DNA of 64,000 nucleotides from Salinispira sp. (GTDB lineage Bacteria > Spirochaetota > Spirochaetia > DSM-27196 > Salinispiraceae), in NCBI GenBank assembly GCA_965602015.1, contig OZ271918.1, positions 2,848,001-2,912,000 on the forward strand, read 5' to 3'. Within the stretch, counting starts at the first letter, position 1. Each line of letters starts with the position of its first letter. The notes below the pieces were generated by a model. That model worked only from the letters and a program-made list of their open reading frames with translations. It was not told the origin of the DNA and did no database searches. A program made the position numbers and the translations under genes. This document shows, piece after piece, positions 29,601 to 39,784 of this stretch.

Positions 29601-31055
29601 ATGGCAACGGAAATAATTATGCCCAAAGCCGGAGTGGCCATGGAAGAGGGCACCATCGTGCAGTGGCTTGTACAGCCCGGCGATGAGGTGGAGACCGGAG
29701 ACATTATCCTGGAGATCGAAACCGACAAGGTCAGTATGGAGGTGGAAGCAGAAGTCAGCGGATACTTCCTCGGTGCAACCCGGGAGCCCGGCGACGTGGT
29801 CCCCGTGACCCAAACCATCGGATACATCGGCAAAAAGGGCGAGAGCATGCCCGCCGCCGGTAACGATGAAGGTGGTGCAGGTAGCGGTGGCGCAGGTAGC
29901 GGTGGCGCAGGTAGCGCTAGCGTCGGGAAGAGCGGCGAAATTAGCAGCGAGGTCAGCGGCGCCGGCAGCACCAAGGCCCCAGCACAGAGCGAAAGCACCG
30001 ATGGCCCGATAGCCTCAGGAGAGGCCGCCGCGCCCAGAATAGCCGCCAGCCCGGCAGCCGTTCGACTGGCAAGAGAGAAGGGCGTCCGCCTCGAAGATGC
30101 GCTCAGCGGCAGCCTCCCCCTGCACTCACCCGATATTGAGGTCGCATCCTCAAGCCGCCGGGATTCTGGAAATGAACCCAGGATGAGCAGCCTTGCCCGC
30201 CGTGAGCTTCAAAGAAGCGGGCATGACGCCGCAAGCCTTACGGGCAGCGGATCCGGCGGAAGAATACTGCGCCGGGACGTCAACGAACAGCTCTCGGGCA
30301 TCATGGCAATGCTGGAGGGGTTGGGAGGTTTCGTTCCTCCGGCGGATGTGCCGGTTCACCTACATGAGGGCGATACGAGCCAGCCCCTCAGCGGCATCCG
30401 GAAAGTGACCGCCCAGAGAATGATAACCAGCCAACTCACGATTCCCCCCACAACCCTGCATTGCGAGGTAAAGGCGAATCAGATTTCCAGCTTGAGGGCC
30501 TCACTCAAGGCCGACGGGATTGCACTATCGGTGAATGTGCTGCTGCTGAAGGCCGTAGCCCGGGCTCTCCGGCAATGCCCCTGGATGCGGGTCAGCATGT
30601 CGGAGGGGCAGGTTATACAGCGGGAAGCGGTAAACCTCGGCATGGCGGTGGCCACCGATCGGGGCCTTCTAGTTCCGGTGATCAGGCATGCGGACCGCCT
30701 CAGCCTGGTGGATTTGGGCGAGGCAGCTTCGGATCTTGCGGATAAAGCCCGGAACGGCAGACTTTCCATGGACGACATGAGCGGCGGCGTATTCTCGGTC
30801 AGCAATTTGGGTATGTACGGAATCACCACCTTCACCCCGGTGGTCAATCCGCCGGAGGCGGGGATTTTGGGCATAGGGACCATACGCAAACAGCTCGCAA
30901 GGGACGAAGTCAGCGGGGAAATCGTGGACCGTCAACTCATGGATTTAAGCCTCACCCTGGATCATCGGCTCATCGACGGCGCCCAGGGAGCCCTGTTTCT
31001 AACAGAGCTCAGGGAGCTTCTTGAGGCTCCGCTGAAACTGCTGGCCGGAGGATAA
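29601..31055 (+). CDS. dihydrolipoamide acyltransferase E2
   Basis: ETDKV lipoyl lysine, E3-binding-like GSG.GGRI...DV, catalytic DHRLIDG. Confidence 0.93.
   Translation: MATEIIMPKAGVAMEEGTIVQWLVQPGDEVETGDIILEIETDKVSMEVEAEVSGYFLGATREPGDVVPVTQTIGYIGKKGESMPAAGNDEGGAGSGGAGSGGAGSASVGKSGEISSEVSGAGSTKAPAQSESTDGPIASGEAAAPRIAASPAAVRLAREKGVRLEDALSGSLPLHSPDIEVASSSRRDSGNEPRMSSLARRELQRSGHDAASLTGSGSGGRILRRDVNEQLSGIMAMLEGLGGFVPPADVPVHLHEGDTSQPLSGIRKVTAQRMITSQLTIPPTTLHCEVKANQISSLRASLKADGIALSVNVLLLKAVARALRQCPWMRVSMSEGQVIQREAVNLGMAVATDRGLLVPVIRHADRLSLVDLGEAASDLADKARNGRLSMDDMSGGVFSVSNLGMYGITTFTPVVNPPEAGILGIGTIRKQLARDEVSGEIVDRQLMDLSLTLDHRLIDGAQGALFLTELRELLEAPLKLLAGG
29871..29915 (+). repeat. 15-bp tandem repeat x3 encoding a GGAGS linker
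   Basis: GGTGG(T/C)GCAGGTAGC x3. Confidence 0.9.
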
Positions 31056-31112
31056 TCCGTTTATTCTGGTCCGCCGGACGGGCCCATGGTATATTTCGGT
31101 CAGGAGCCGTTG

Positions 31113-31859
31113 ATGCCGTATATTTCCATATCTCTTATTATCCAGATAGCGCTGGTCATCCATGCAATCCGCAACGGAAAACAGATGTTCTGGATTTTCC
31201 TCATTATATTTGTTCCGCTCATCGGCAGCGTGGCCTACGCCGTAGTCGAGCTGCTGCCTGACCTGCGCGACCGCCACCGCAGCACCCTTCAGCGGGGGGC
31301 AAGTCAGCTCGGGGAGATGGTAAACCCCGGCGGCAAAATCAAGGAACTTGAAAAGCAAAACGACCTGTCCCCCACAGTGGAAAACATGCGGGCCCTCGCA
31401 ACGGCATATCTTGCGGCCGATCGTGCCGCAGATGCCCTCCCCTTACTGGAAAAAAGCGCAAACAGCCCCCTGGGTCCCGACTCCCGGAGCCTCAGCCTGC
31501 TGGCGGAAGCGTGCTTCAAGCTGGAACGTCCGAGAGAAGCCCTGGAACACATCCGGGCTGCCAAAGAGAGTGCCGATCGGCAAGACGATCCGGACAACAG
31601 CCTGCTGGAGGGGCGGATACTCGAGGCGCTTGGCAGCAATGACGAAGCCGCCGCCTGCTTCGAATCGGCTTCGCGCCGGGGAAGCGGATTGTACTACCAG
31701 TTTGCCTACGGCGATTTTCTGCGTCGTCGGGGAGAGACCTCGAAGGCCGAGGAAATTTTTTCCAAAATAGAAGCGGATTACTCCCGCATGCCCGCATACG
31801 CGAAAAAGCTCAACCGCCGCTGGCATCAGGAAGCGCAGAAGGCGCAAAAGGGCAGCTGA
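31113..31859 (+). CDS. membrane-anchored TPR protein
   Basis: Two N-terminal TM helices (HAIR.G...W...I..P..G...Y), then TPR-like helices; AGGAG RBS before ATG 31113. Confidence 0.75.
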   Translation: MPYISISLIIQIALVIHAIRNGKQMFWIFLIIFVPLIGSVAYAVVELLPDLRDRHRSTLQRGASQLGEMVNPGGKIKELEKQNDLSPTVENMRALATAYLAADRAADALPLLEKSANSPLGPDSRSLSLLAEACFKLERPREALEHIRAAKESADRQDDPDNSLLEGRILEALGSNDEAAACFESASRRGSGLYYQFAYGDFLRRRGETSKAEEIFSKIEADYSRMPAYAKKLNRRWHQEAQKAQKGS

Positions 31860-32765
31860 TTATAACCGGGTCATGGCATTTTTCCAGTCGGTATGAGTGC
31901 GCCTGATAAACTCAAGCATCACTTCCCTGCTCTCCCGGGTTTCGGGAAAGAAATCAAAAAAGAACCACACGTGAATCATCTTCTCGTACTCCCAGAAAAC
32001 CAGCTCGGAGTCTGCTTTTTTTATCATCTCACAAAAGCGCTTCGCATCTGGGTAGAGGATGTCGGCGCTTCCGGTCAACAGCAGTATCGGCGGAAGCCCT
32101 GACAGCTCGCCGTACAGGGGACTGATCTTGGGGTGATCCAGGGCGAGCCCCCCGGCATACCAGCGGGCGAATTTAAGCAGATTCTGCCGCCCGAGAACCG
32201 GGTCGCTTTTCTCGACTGCCATGATTTCCGGGTTACTCATGCTCAAATCAAGCCATGGCGAGAGCAGAACGGCCGCCTGGGGCGCCAGGAGAGGGGACCG
32301 GGAAAAGCGCTGACTAAGGCGGAGGGCGAGATTACCCCCGGCGGAATCTCCCATCAGCATGATACACCGCCGCCTTCGCTCCAGGGCATATGAGGTGTAC
32401 AATGCTTCCAGCTTGAGGAAAACATCGTCGGCATTGTGGGCCGGAGCCAGCGGGTATCGTGGAATAAAGACTTCGCAGCGAAGCTTGTCGACCAAATATC
32501 TGATGAAGACCAGGTGGAGGGGATGAAGGCCGTTCACAAATGCTCCGCCGTGAAGGTAGAAGAGCGAGATATCTACCCGGTCCTTCTTGGGGCGAATGGT
32601 AATACAGTTCACCTCTTCCCTGTCAAATCGTTCAATTGAATAAAAAAACTGCAATCCGGACAGCAGGCCCTCGATATTACTGGGGCCCCGGGGTTTTGCG
32701 AGAAAGCGCTTGAACTTCAAACGGTGCATGAGATGATACAACATTGTGCTTTGCCAATTGGCCAT
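31860..32765 (-). CDS. alpha/beta hydrolase (HSL-type esterase)
   Basis: HGGAF, GDSAGG, SPW.D, H near the C-terminus. Confidence 0.9.
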   Translation of the reverse strand: MANWQSTMLYHLMHRLKFKRFLAKPRGPSNIEGLLSGLQFFYSIERFDREEVNCITIRPKKDRVDISLFYLHGGAFVNGLHPLHLVFIRYLVDKLRCEVFIPRYPLAPAHNADDVFLKLEALYTSYALERRRRCIMLMGDSAGGNLALRLSQRFSRSPLLAPQAAVLLSPWLDLSMSNPEIMAVEKSDPVLGRQNLLKFARWYAGGLALDHPKISPLYGELSGLPPILLLTGSADILYPDAKRFCEMIKKADSELVFWEYEKMIHVWFFFDFFPETRESREVMLEFIRRTHTDWKNAMTRL

Positions 32766-32829
32766 AGTGAGGTAAATATACTACAAACGCCGCGAAGTGG
32801 GACCCGCAGTCCGGATAGAGTAAACGCGG

Positions 32830-32851
32830 GTGCCACAAAAACAGCTGATTT
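32830..32851 (+). repeat. 22-bp dispersed repeat, copy 3 (20/22 match)
   Basis: GTGCCACAAAAACAGCTGATTT. Confidence 0.7.
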
Positions 32852-32880
32852 TCTGTCTCTACAACGAGTAAATCGCTTTT

Positions 32881-33327
32881 CTACTCCAGGGGGACGCTCA
32901 TTATCAGTTCGCCGTCCTCTTCCAGGCCGGTTTCCCTGAAGCCCAGAGATTCGTAGAACTCCTTGGCGGACTTCTGGTCCGGGACATAGCTGGTGAGCAG
33001 TTCTTTCGCGTTGGGAAGGGTCTTAACAAAATCAATGACCTGAAGCATGGCCGCCTTTCCGTACCCCTTATGCTGATGGTCCTTGTCGATCATTAATCGC
33101 CAAAGGAAATATTCAGGTTTTTTGGGGTTCAGGGAGAGCATGACAAAGCCCACGGGATTATCGCCGGCATATATTGCCCGGAACCAGGCTTCGTGGGAAA
33201 AATGAGCCTGCGCAATGGACACCGCATTGGGGGCAACCAGGTGCTCCTGGTCCTTTGCAACCTTGAGTTCGAGCACCGATTTGAGGGTATCTTCGGTTAT
33301 TTCCTGCAGTGTTATTTGTTCCTTCAT
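32881..33327 (-). CDS. GNAT acetyltransferase (spermidine/diamine acetyltransferase-like)
   Basis: VAPNA.SIAQA, RLMID..HQ.KGYG, FYESLGF. Confidence 0.88.
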   Translation of the reverse strand: MKEQITLQEITEDTLKSVLELKVAKDQEHLVAPNAVSIAQAHFSHEAWFRAIYAGDNPVGFVMLSLNPKKPEYFLWRLMIDKDHQHKGYGKAAMLQVIDFVKTLPNAKELLTSYVPDQKSAKEFYESLGFRETGLEEDGELIMSVPLE

Positions 33328-33388
33328 ATCCGCCTCTGCAAACAATTATATCCATACAAAGCCCGTTGAAAAGGAGTTTTTTCCTGTT

Positions 33389-34477
33389 TTAGCGGATTAC
33401 CCGGGCATTTCCCTCCCAAATGCTCCAAAGTTCATCCTCATTGACCGGCTGGGAGTAATCCGTAAGCAGGCTGGCAGCCAGAGCTCCGGCGGCCCAGCCG
33501 AAACGCATGCATTGCTTCCCGCTCCATGACCGGAGAATTCCATACAGCAATCCGCCGACAAAACCGTCGCCGCCGCCGATGCGGTCGAGCACTCCGATTT
33601 CCCGGGGCGGAGCACTGCGCCATTCGCCGTCGGCCCGGAGAACTGCGCCCCACAGGTGTTTGTTGGCGGAAATAACCTGCCGGAGTGTGGCGGCGATTAC
33701 CCGGGCCTGGGGAAGCTCATCACTCACCCGTTCCATCATCTGTTTATACCCGGCTATTTTTTCCCTGAGATCCTCGCCGCCGGTTGCCGGACCCTCAAAG
33801 CCGAGACAAAGCTGAAAATCTTCCTCATTGCCAACCAAAATATGGGCTTCCGACGCGATTTCCCGGAACACCTGTCGCAGTTCTTCACTCCGGTCTTGCC
33901 AGAACGATGCCCGATAATTGAGATCGAAGGATATAAGGCTGCCGTTGTTTTTCGCCGCCCGAAGGATTTCGAGACAAAACTGCCCGGACTTTTCTGAGAG
34001 GGCGGCGATGAGTCCCGACAGATGAACGATTTTAACCCCTTCGTCCCGGAAAATTCTATCGAAGTCAAAATCGTCAGACCTAAGCTCCCGGCCGACTTCT
34101 CCCGCTCTGTCATTGTGAACCCTGGGCCCCCGACCTCCGTAACCCGAATCTGCAACGTTAAACTGATGGCGGAAGCCCCATGGCCCGCCCTGCCGAAGCT
34201 CAGGCCCCTCGAAACTCATTCCACGCCTACGCAGATCGTCACGGATCAGACGTGAAACCGGGCTATCCTGTACGAAGTTGGTAAGAACCTTAACAGGCAT
34301 GCCCAGGCTCGCGGCGACAGACGCCGCATTGGTTTCGGCGCTGGTAACCTGCATGGTGAACTTTCCTCCGGCATGAACCGGCTGGCCGGCTTCCGGGGTA
34401 AGACGAACTCCCATGCTTGTGGGGACCAGGAGGGACCATCGCGCTTCTGATTTGAGATTCATCACCGGATCAGACAT
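33389..34477 (-). CDS. PfkB-family sugar kinase (KdgK-like)
   Basis: SFDLNYR..W, GNEED, DRIGGGDGF.GG. Confidence 0.88.
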   Translation of the reverse strand: MSDPVMNLKSEARWSLLVPTSMGVRLTPEAGQPVHAGGKFTMQVTSAETNAASVAASLGMPVKVLTNFVQDSPVSRLIRDDLRRRGMSFEGPELRQGGPWGFRHQFNVADSGYGGRGPRVHNDRAGEVGRELRSDDFDFDRIFRDEGVKIVHLSGLIAALSEKSGQFCLEILRAAKNNGSLISFDLNYRASFWQDRSEELRQVFREIASEAHILVGNEEDFQLCLGFEGPATGGEDLREKIAGYKQMMERVSDELPQARVIAATLRQVISANKHLWGAVLRADGEWRSAPPREIGVLDRIGGGDGFVGGLLYGILRSWSGKQCMRFGWAAGALAASLLTDYSQPVNEDELWSIWEGNARVIR

Positions 34478-35927
34478 CGTAGGTGGATGAGGAGACCTGG
34501 CCGCCGCTTCCGGTCCAGTTAGTGTGGAAAAACTCGCCCCGCGGCTTGTCGATCCGCTCGTAGGTATGGGCGCCGAAGTAATCCCGTTGAGCCTGAAGCA
34601 GGTTGGCCGGCAGGCGCTCGCTTCGGTAACCGTCGAAAAACGCCAATGCGGTGCTTAAGGCCGGCACCGGGATGCCCGAAGAAACCGCGGCGGCCACAAC
34701 CCGGCGCAGGGCGTCCTGGCTGTCCAGGACCACCGATCGGAAGTACCCGTCCATCAGCAGGCTGCTGAGTTCGGGGTTTTTATCGTAGGCTGCCTTGATT
34801 TTGTCCAGGAAGGCCGACCGAATAATGCAGCCCTCCCGCCACATCAGCGCGATTGAACCGTAGTTGATTTTCCACCCGTTTTCCTTCGCAGCTTCGCGCA
34901 TAAGCATAAAGCCCTGGGTATAGGAGATGATTTTCGCAAATAACAAGGCTTTTTCCAGATCGTCGATAAAAGCGTCGCGGTCAACGTCGAAGGGCTTTCC
35001 GGGGCCCGGGAGAATAGCGGATGCCCGGGTCCTCTCTTCCTTTAAGGCGGAAAGGCAGCGGGAGAATACCGCCTCGCCGATGAGCGTGACCGGAACTCCC
35101 AAATCGAGGGCGGAAATACCGGTCCATTTCCCGGTTCCCTTTTGTCCCGCGCTGTCCAGGATTTTTTCCACCAGCGGCTGCCCGTCAGCATCCTTGAAAG
35201 CCATAATATCCCGGGTAATTTCAATGAGGTAGGAATCGAGGGGTCCCTCGTTGTATTTCGAGAACACCCGGTGCATTTCCTCGGCGTTGAGTCCCAAACC
35301 TTCTTTCATTAATTGATAAGCCTCGGTAATGAGCTGCATGTCTCCATATTCAATGCCGTTATGAACCATTTTCACATAGTGGCCGGAACCGGCGTCGCCG
35401 ACCCAGTCGCAGCATGCCTGCCCGTCTTTGGTTTTGGCGCTGATGTCCTGGAGGATATTTTTGACCTGAGGCCAGGCAGACTCATTGCCTCCGGGCATAA
35501 TGGACGGGCCATGCCGTGCCCCTTCCTCGCCTCCGGACACCCCGGTTCCCACGAACAGTATTCCCTTTTTCGCCAGGTCCCGTGTGCGGCGGTTGGAATC
35601 GGGGAAATGACTGTTTCCCCCGTCGATGATGATGTCCCCTTCTTCGAGATGGGGAAGCAGTTTTTCAATAAATATATCAACAACGTCGCCGGCTTTGACC
35701 ATGAGCATCACCCGCCGGGGCCGCTTCAGCGAGCCGACCAGTTCCTCGACGCTTCGCGCAGGGAAAATACTGTCTTCCCTGCCCGAGGCCGGACCCTTCA
35801 TAAAAGCGTCGGTTTTTTCGACGCTACGGTTGTATACCGCAACGCGGTAGCCGTGGTCATTCATGTTCAAAACCAGGTTTTGACCCATCACCGCCAGTCC
35901 GATCAGCCCTATATCAGCATTGCTCAT
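34470..35927 (-). CDS. gnd: 6-phosphogluconate dehydrogenase, decarboxylating
   Basis: GLAVMG.NL, SGGEEGA, KMVHNGIEYGDMQ, QKGTGKW, QAQRDYFGAH. Confidence 0.97.
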   Translation of the reverse strand: MSNADIGLIGLAVMGQNLVLNMNDHGYRVAVYNRSVEKTDAFMKGPASGREDSIFPARSVEELVGSLKRPRRVMLMVKAGDVVDIFIEKLLPHLEEGDIIIDGGNSHFPDSNRRTRDLAKKGILFVGTGVSGGEEGARHGPSIMPGGNESAWPQVKNILQDISAKTKDGQACCDWVGDAGSGHYVKMVHNGIEYGDMQLITEAYQLMKEGLGLNAEEMHRVFSKYNEGPLDSYLIEITRDIMAFKDADGQPLVEKILDSAGQKGTGKWTGISALDLGVPVTLIGEAVFSRCLSALKEERTRASAILPGPGKPFDVDRDAFIDDLEKALLFAKIISYTQGFMLMREAAKENGWKINYGSIALMWREGCIIRSAFLDKIKAAYDKNPELSSLLMDGYFRSVVLDSQDALRRVVAAAVSSGIPVPALSTALAFFDGYRSERLPANLLQAQRDYFGAHTYERIDKPRGEFFHTNWTGSGGQVSSSTYDV

Positions 35928-35982
35928 CCGCTTCTCCCCGGGGATTCCCCCTCTTTTGTTCAACCACAGGCACTGGCCGTTA

Positions 35983-36879
35983 TTATGGCGCAGACCTCTC
36001 CCACGGCGGATTTTCCGGCAGAGCCTTGAGAAACTCCTCATTAATACGCCGCTGATACTCACCGGCGAAGTTCCCCTGGAAGAATCGGTCCAGCCCCTCA
36101 TCTGTCAGACGCTTCCAGGACTGTTCCTCCTTCCCGGGAATAATGGGAAAAAACAGCACTCCCGCAGCCTGCGCCGCCGCCAAATCGCCGGGAGCGTCGC
36201 CGATCATAAGCCGGGCATCGCCAGCATACTTGCCGCCGCTGGCTGACTCAAGACTGCTTTTCTTGGAGCCCGCTTCCTGTCCGGCCACATGGGCTACCAG
36301 CTTCAGCAGCCCCTGCTCTCCCCATTCCTTTTCAATCTGGGCGATGGGGGCGGAGCTGACGACCATGCAGTCCGCCTGACCGGACATCCTGGCCAGGGCG
36401 TTCCGTACTCCGCCAAAGGGATCGACTCCACGGACGACTTCCTCGATGGCCCGGTTGACCGCCACCGACCAATTCCTGACCTTCTCGAGCTGAGGTCCGG
36501 GTGTATTCCCCATTGCCTGCTCCAGGGATTGTATGTCGTGCACCTCAGTCCCGTCGACCCATTGCATAAAATCCCCAAGCTGGGGAACCGCAGCGGCGGA
36601 AGAAAGAACATCGGGATGTGCCGCCAGGTACTTCATACTCAACGCGAGACCCTTGAAGCGGTTTATTCCCCGGGTTCTGCTGTACAGGTTGGCAAACTCC
36701 CAGACCTGCCGGGCGGGTTCTGCTATTTCTCCGAGGTCAAATTCCCGTATATAGGCCGGGCAAAAACAGCGCTTATGTTTGATTTCCATGGTATCGAACA
36801 CGCAGCCGTCCGAATCAATGCCGATGAACCATTCATGCTGCGGCTGTATATCGCGAATCCGATTATGATGCTCGTTCAC
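35983..36879 (-). CDS. HAD-family hydrolase
   Basis: DSDGCVFDT motif I, VVSS, MIGDAPGD. Confidence 0.88.
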   Translation of the reverse strand: MNEHHNRIRDIQPQHEWFIGIDSDGCVFDTMEIKHKRCFCPAYIREFDLGEIAEPARQVWEFANLYSRTRGINRFKGLALSMKYLAAHPDVLSSAAAVPQLGDFMQWVDGTEVHDIQSLEQAMGNTPGPQLEKVRNWSVAVNRAIEEVVRGVDPFGGVRNALARMSGQADCMVVSSAPIAQIEKEWGEQGLLKLVAHVAGQEAGSKKSSLESASGGKYAGDARLMIGDAPGDLAAAQAAGVLFFPIIPGKEEQSWKRLTDEGLDRFFQGNFAGEYQRRINEEFLKALPENPPWERSAP

Positions 36880-37040
36880 CCTGTATTCCTTTTCTTTTAA
36901 AACCGAGCATTCGCGGGGACTCCGCTACGCCCCCAAATGGAAGCTCGGATAGTTCTTCACTATACGATACATGGAAAAATCTTTCAGGGACAGGAGAAAC
37001 TCAGTAGATTGCCGCCGGTTTTTTATTGATGTAAAGAAGC

Positions 37041-37580
37041 TTACTCACGGCTGCGAAAGAGCAAATTAGCAGGTGGATACTGATTTCGATAGGTGAAGAG
37101 AATCTGAAGATTTACCATTTCACCGCCCCACTCTACATAGCTGTGCCGCCAGTCGACTGGCGCGCCATTGACGTGAATGTCGTACCGGCGTCGGTGGCCC
37201 GGCGGCATGGCCCGGTCGATGGCGACAAACCATGCATAGACCTCCTTGACGCTGAGAATTTCAGGAGGTCCCGCCCCGCCGTCGTCAATGAGCAGAAACC
37301 CTTCCAAACGGAGCAGATCGATTGCCGTTTGTGCTGCCTGGGCATCAAGGGTAAAGGGTTTGGGGCTGGGAAAAATGACTGAAGTACGCGGCGCCGGATG
37401 TATCGGAGGGCGTTCGGCGTCTGTCTGCCCAGTCTGGGCGGGCAATGCCGCCGGTGAAAGTGCAGGGAGCTCCTGGGCTTGAGATGGATAGGCGAGCAGC
37501 AGGAACATGGCCCCGGTCATCAGAGAAAGAAGGATTTGAGGAGCGATCAAATGTGCGCTGTGTGAGTGCCGAGTTTTCAA
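37041..37580 (-). CDS. hypothetical exported protein
   Basis: TTG start with GGAGG RBS; signal-peptide-like segment ending SQA; fills the intergenic gap. Confidence 0.55.
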   Translation of the reverse strand: MKTRHSHSAHLIAPQILLSLMTGAMFLLLAYPSQAQELPALSPAALPAQTGQTDAERPPIHPAPRTSVIFPSPKPFTLDAQAAQTAIDLLRLEGFLLIDDGGAGPPEILSVKEVYAWFVAIDRAMPPGHRRRYDIHVNGAPVDWRHSYVEWGGEMVNLQILFTYRNQYPPANLLFRSRE

Positions 37581-37754
37581 ACCTCTCGTAACCTCCCTGT
37601 TACGTTAGATTCTATCGGCGTTGCGGCTGCTGCAGCTTAGTAATCCATTCTCCCGACAGTACGGTGACCTCCTACCATGCAGCCGGAAAATTTGCGTTTT
37701 GCCCGCAAATGCCCAATAGTTTAATAATCTGAATAGTGCAATCGAGGAATCAAC

Positions 37755-39371
37755 GTGGAGCGAATCGCTGGCCTCAGACGACGACGGGCGGCATTCATTT
37801 TTAGCATCCTTCTCTTTTTTACCGTATCGCTGTTGTTGCTGATCACGTTGATCAGAGAAAACAGAACCTCCATGGATGACGAACTTCAACAGGCAATCAG
37901 TATAGAAATACAGCAGATCTCCTCGAGCCTGGAGCAGGTATTCCGGGGGATTCGTTCGAATCTGGTTTCTGTTTCAGAGGCGTATAAATACGGACTGCGG
38001 GAACTGACTGATCTTTCAATCTGGCTGAATGATATCGCCGACTCCAGAGCCGATTTGCTACGGACGATTCTTATTGTCAATGACCGGGGAATCGTCATTG
38101 CCGAGTCCCGATTCGAGCGGAGCGCCCTGGGTTTTGATGTATCCGACAGGGATTACTTCCTGGCGCATCGAGATGGCAACGCAGATCAGGCAGTGTTTCT
38201 TCAAAGCGTGGTCAGCAGGGTCAACGGCGAGTGGTCGATGCCCGTATCAAAAGGAATTTATTCCTCCAACGGTGTTTTTCTCGGGGTTGCGGTAGCCTCC
38301 CTTGAACCGCGCTATGTGTCCCGGATTCTGGAGAGAATAAGTAATCCCCGTTTTGGAGGGAAGATCGTCCTTCATTCCAGGGAATCGGTTCTCACCTCGC
38401 TTCCGTACGACAGGGAAATCCTCGGCAGATCTATGAACGAAATCAGGCCTCAATCAGCTCATCCGGAGGATGATCGATTTGCGGCGGAACATCAGCTTGA
38501 CCTACCCTTCCCCCTGGTGTTTACCTATGTTCCGGATCGCTATGATTACTCACATATCGGATTTGATTTGGCCGCAGGTCTGACAGTGATAGTAATTGTC
38601 GTATCGCTGTTATCCTTCCTGGCATACCTGGATACCCGCAACCAGGAGAGGCTGGCCAGGTACGCCGCCGAGCTGGAGGGCCGTGACCGGGCACAGAAGA
38701 TATTATTAACTGAGCTGCAAAAGGCTCTGGCCGACCGCGACATCCTGCTCAGGGAGATATCCCATCGCACCCAGAACTCCATGGCAATCATCGCCGCAGT
38801 GTTGAATTTAAAGGCCGCCCGTCACGAAGGGAATTCCGCAGTTGGCGAACTGGTCTCCGATACGGAAAAACGCATTCAAGCCCTGAGCATGGTGTACGCC
38901 TTAACGGATAATCAGGTTAGCGGCGGCGCGGTCAACATAAAGCGCTTCCTCAAAAAGCTGGCTTCCCACGTATCGATTGCCTATGGCTCAAGCGAGTGCC
39001 GGGTAGTCGTTGCGGTGCAGTCACCGGCGATTCTACTGCCCATCGACCAGGCAGTTCCCCTGTCCCTGGTCCTCCACGAGCTTATCATCAACTCGATACA
39101 ACATGGTTTTACCGGCCGGAGCAGCGGGTCCATAGATATTTCTATTTCCCGGTCTTCAGGAGCCCTGACCTGCGACTACCGGGATGACGGAAGAGGCTTT
39201 GAAAATCCCGAAGCTGAAGTCAAGGGCATAGGACTGAGCACCATCTATCAGATTATCGAACTTCAGCTCGACGGCAGCTACGATTTTATTGACGGCAAAG
39301 GCGTGCATCTAAGGGTCACTTTTCCCTTGAACGCGCAGGTCACAATTAAAGCGGAAGGGGAAGGTCAATGA
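37755..39371 (+). CDS. membrane sensor histidine kinase (dCache plus HisKA_2-type)
   Basis: DVSDRDYF Cache motif, two TMs, REISHR.QN, ELIINS..HG, D.G.G, GIGL. Confidence 0.88.
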   Translation: MERIAGLRRRRAAFIFSILLFFTVSLLLLITLIRENRTSMDDELQQAISIEIQQISSSLEQVFRGIRSNLVSVSEAYKYGLRELTDLSIWLNDIADSRADLLRTILIVNDRGIVIAESRFERSALGFDVSDRDYFLAHRDGNADQAVFLQSVVSRVNGEWSMPVSKGIYSSNGVFLGVAVASLEPRYVSRILERISNPRFGGKIVLHSRESVLTSLPYDREILGRSMNEIRPQSAHPEDDRFAAEHQLDLPFPLVFTYVPDRYDYSHIGFDLAAGLTVIVIVVSLLSFLAYLDTRNQERLARYAAELEGRDRAQKILLTELQKALADRDILLREISHRTQNSMAIIAAVLNLKAARHEGNSAVGELVSDTEKRIQALSMVYALTDNQVSGGAVNIKRFLKKLASHVSIAYGSSECRVVVAVQSPAILLPIDQAVPLSLVLHELIINSIQHGFTGRSSGSIDISISRSSGALTCDYRDDGRGFENPEAEVKGIGLSTIYQIIELQLDGSYDFIDGKGVHLRVTFPLNAQVTIKAEGEGQ

Positions 39372-39721
39372 CGGTAATGCTTGTGGAGGACGAACCTATT
39401 CTGCTTCTGCTATTGAAGAAATTCATGAAGAGCCTGGATTGCCGCGTAAGCGCGGCGGTGATGAGCGGTGAAGAAGCCGTCGAAGCGGCCAGAAATACCA
39501 TTCCCGATGTAATTATTATGGACATCAGGCTCAAGGGAGCTATGGACGGAATCACCGCTGCGCTGACCATCAATTCAGGAATACCGGTGATTTTTACAAC
39601 CGCCTATGGCGACGACGAGATTCGAAAACGGGCGGCAAGCTGCAGCATGGCGGCCTTTATCAACAAACCATATGGAATAGAAGAAATTCGCGCCGCACTG
39701 GAAGCGGCGAATACAGGCTGA
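39368..39721 (+). CDS. single-domain response regulator
   Basis: VEDE, MDI.L...DG, TAY, KPY. Confidence 0.9.
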   Translation: MTVMLVEDEPILLLLLKKFMKSLDCRVSAAVMSGEEAVEAARNTIPDVIIMDIRLKGAMDGITAALTINSGIPVIFTTAYGDDEIRKRAASCSMAAFINKPYGIEEIRAALEAANTG

Positions 39722-39784
39722 ACTAGATAAAAAAGCCATCGGCAGCCTTAATTATTCGAGGCAGCCAATCAATAGGAGAGCAGA

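Noticed and set aside
36901..36950. Riboswitch upstream of HAD-gnd
   Set aside because: Only a weak CCGAGC/GCTCGG pairing is present, with no recognisable aptamer consensus.
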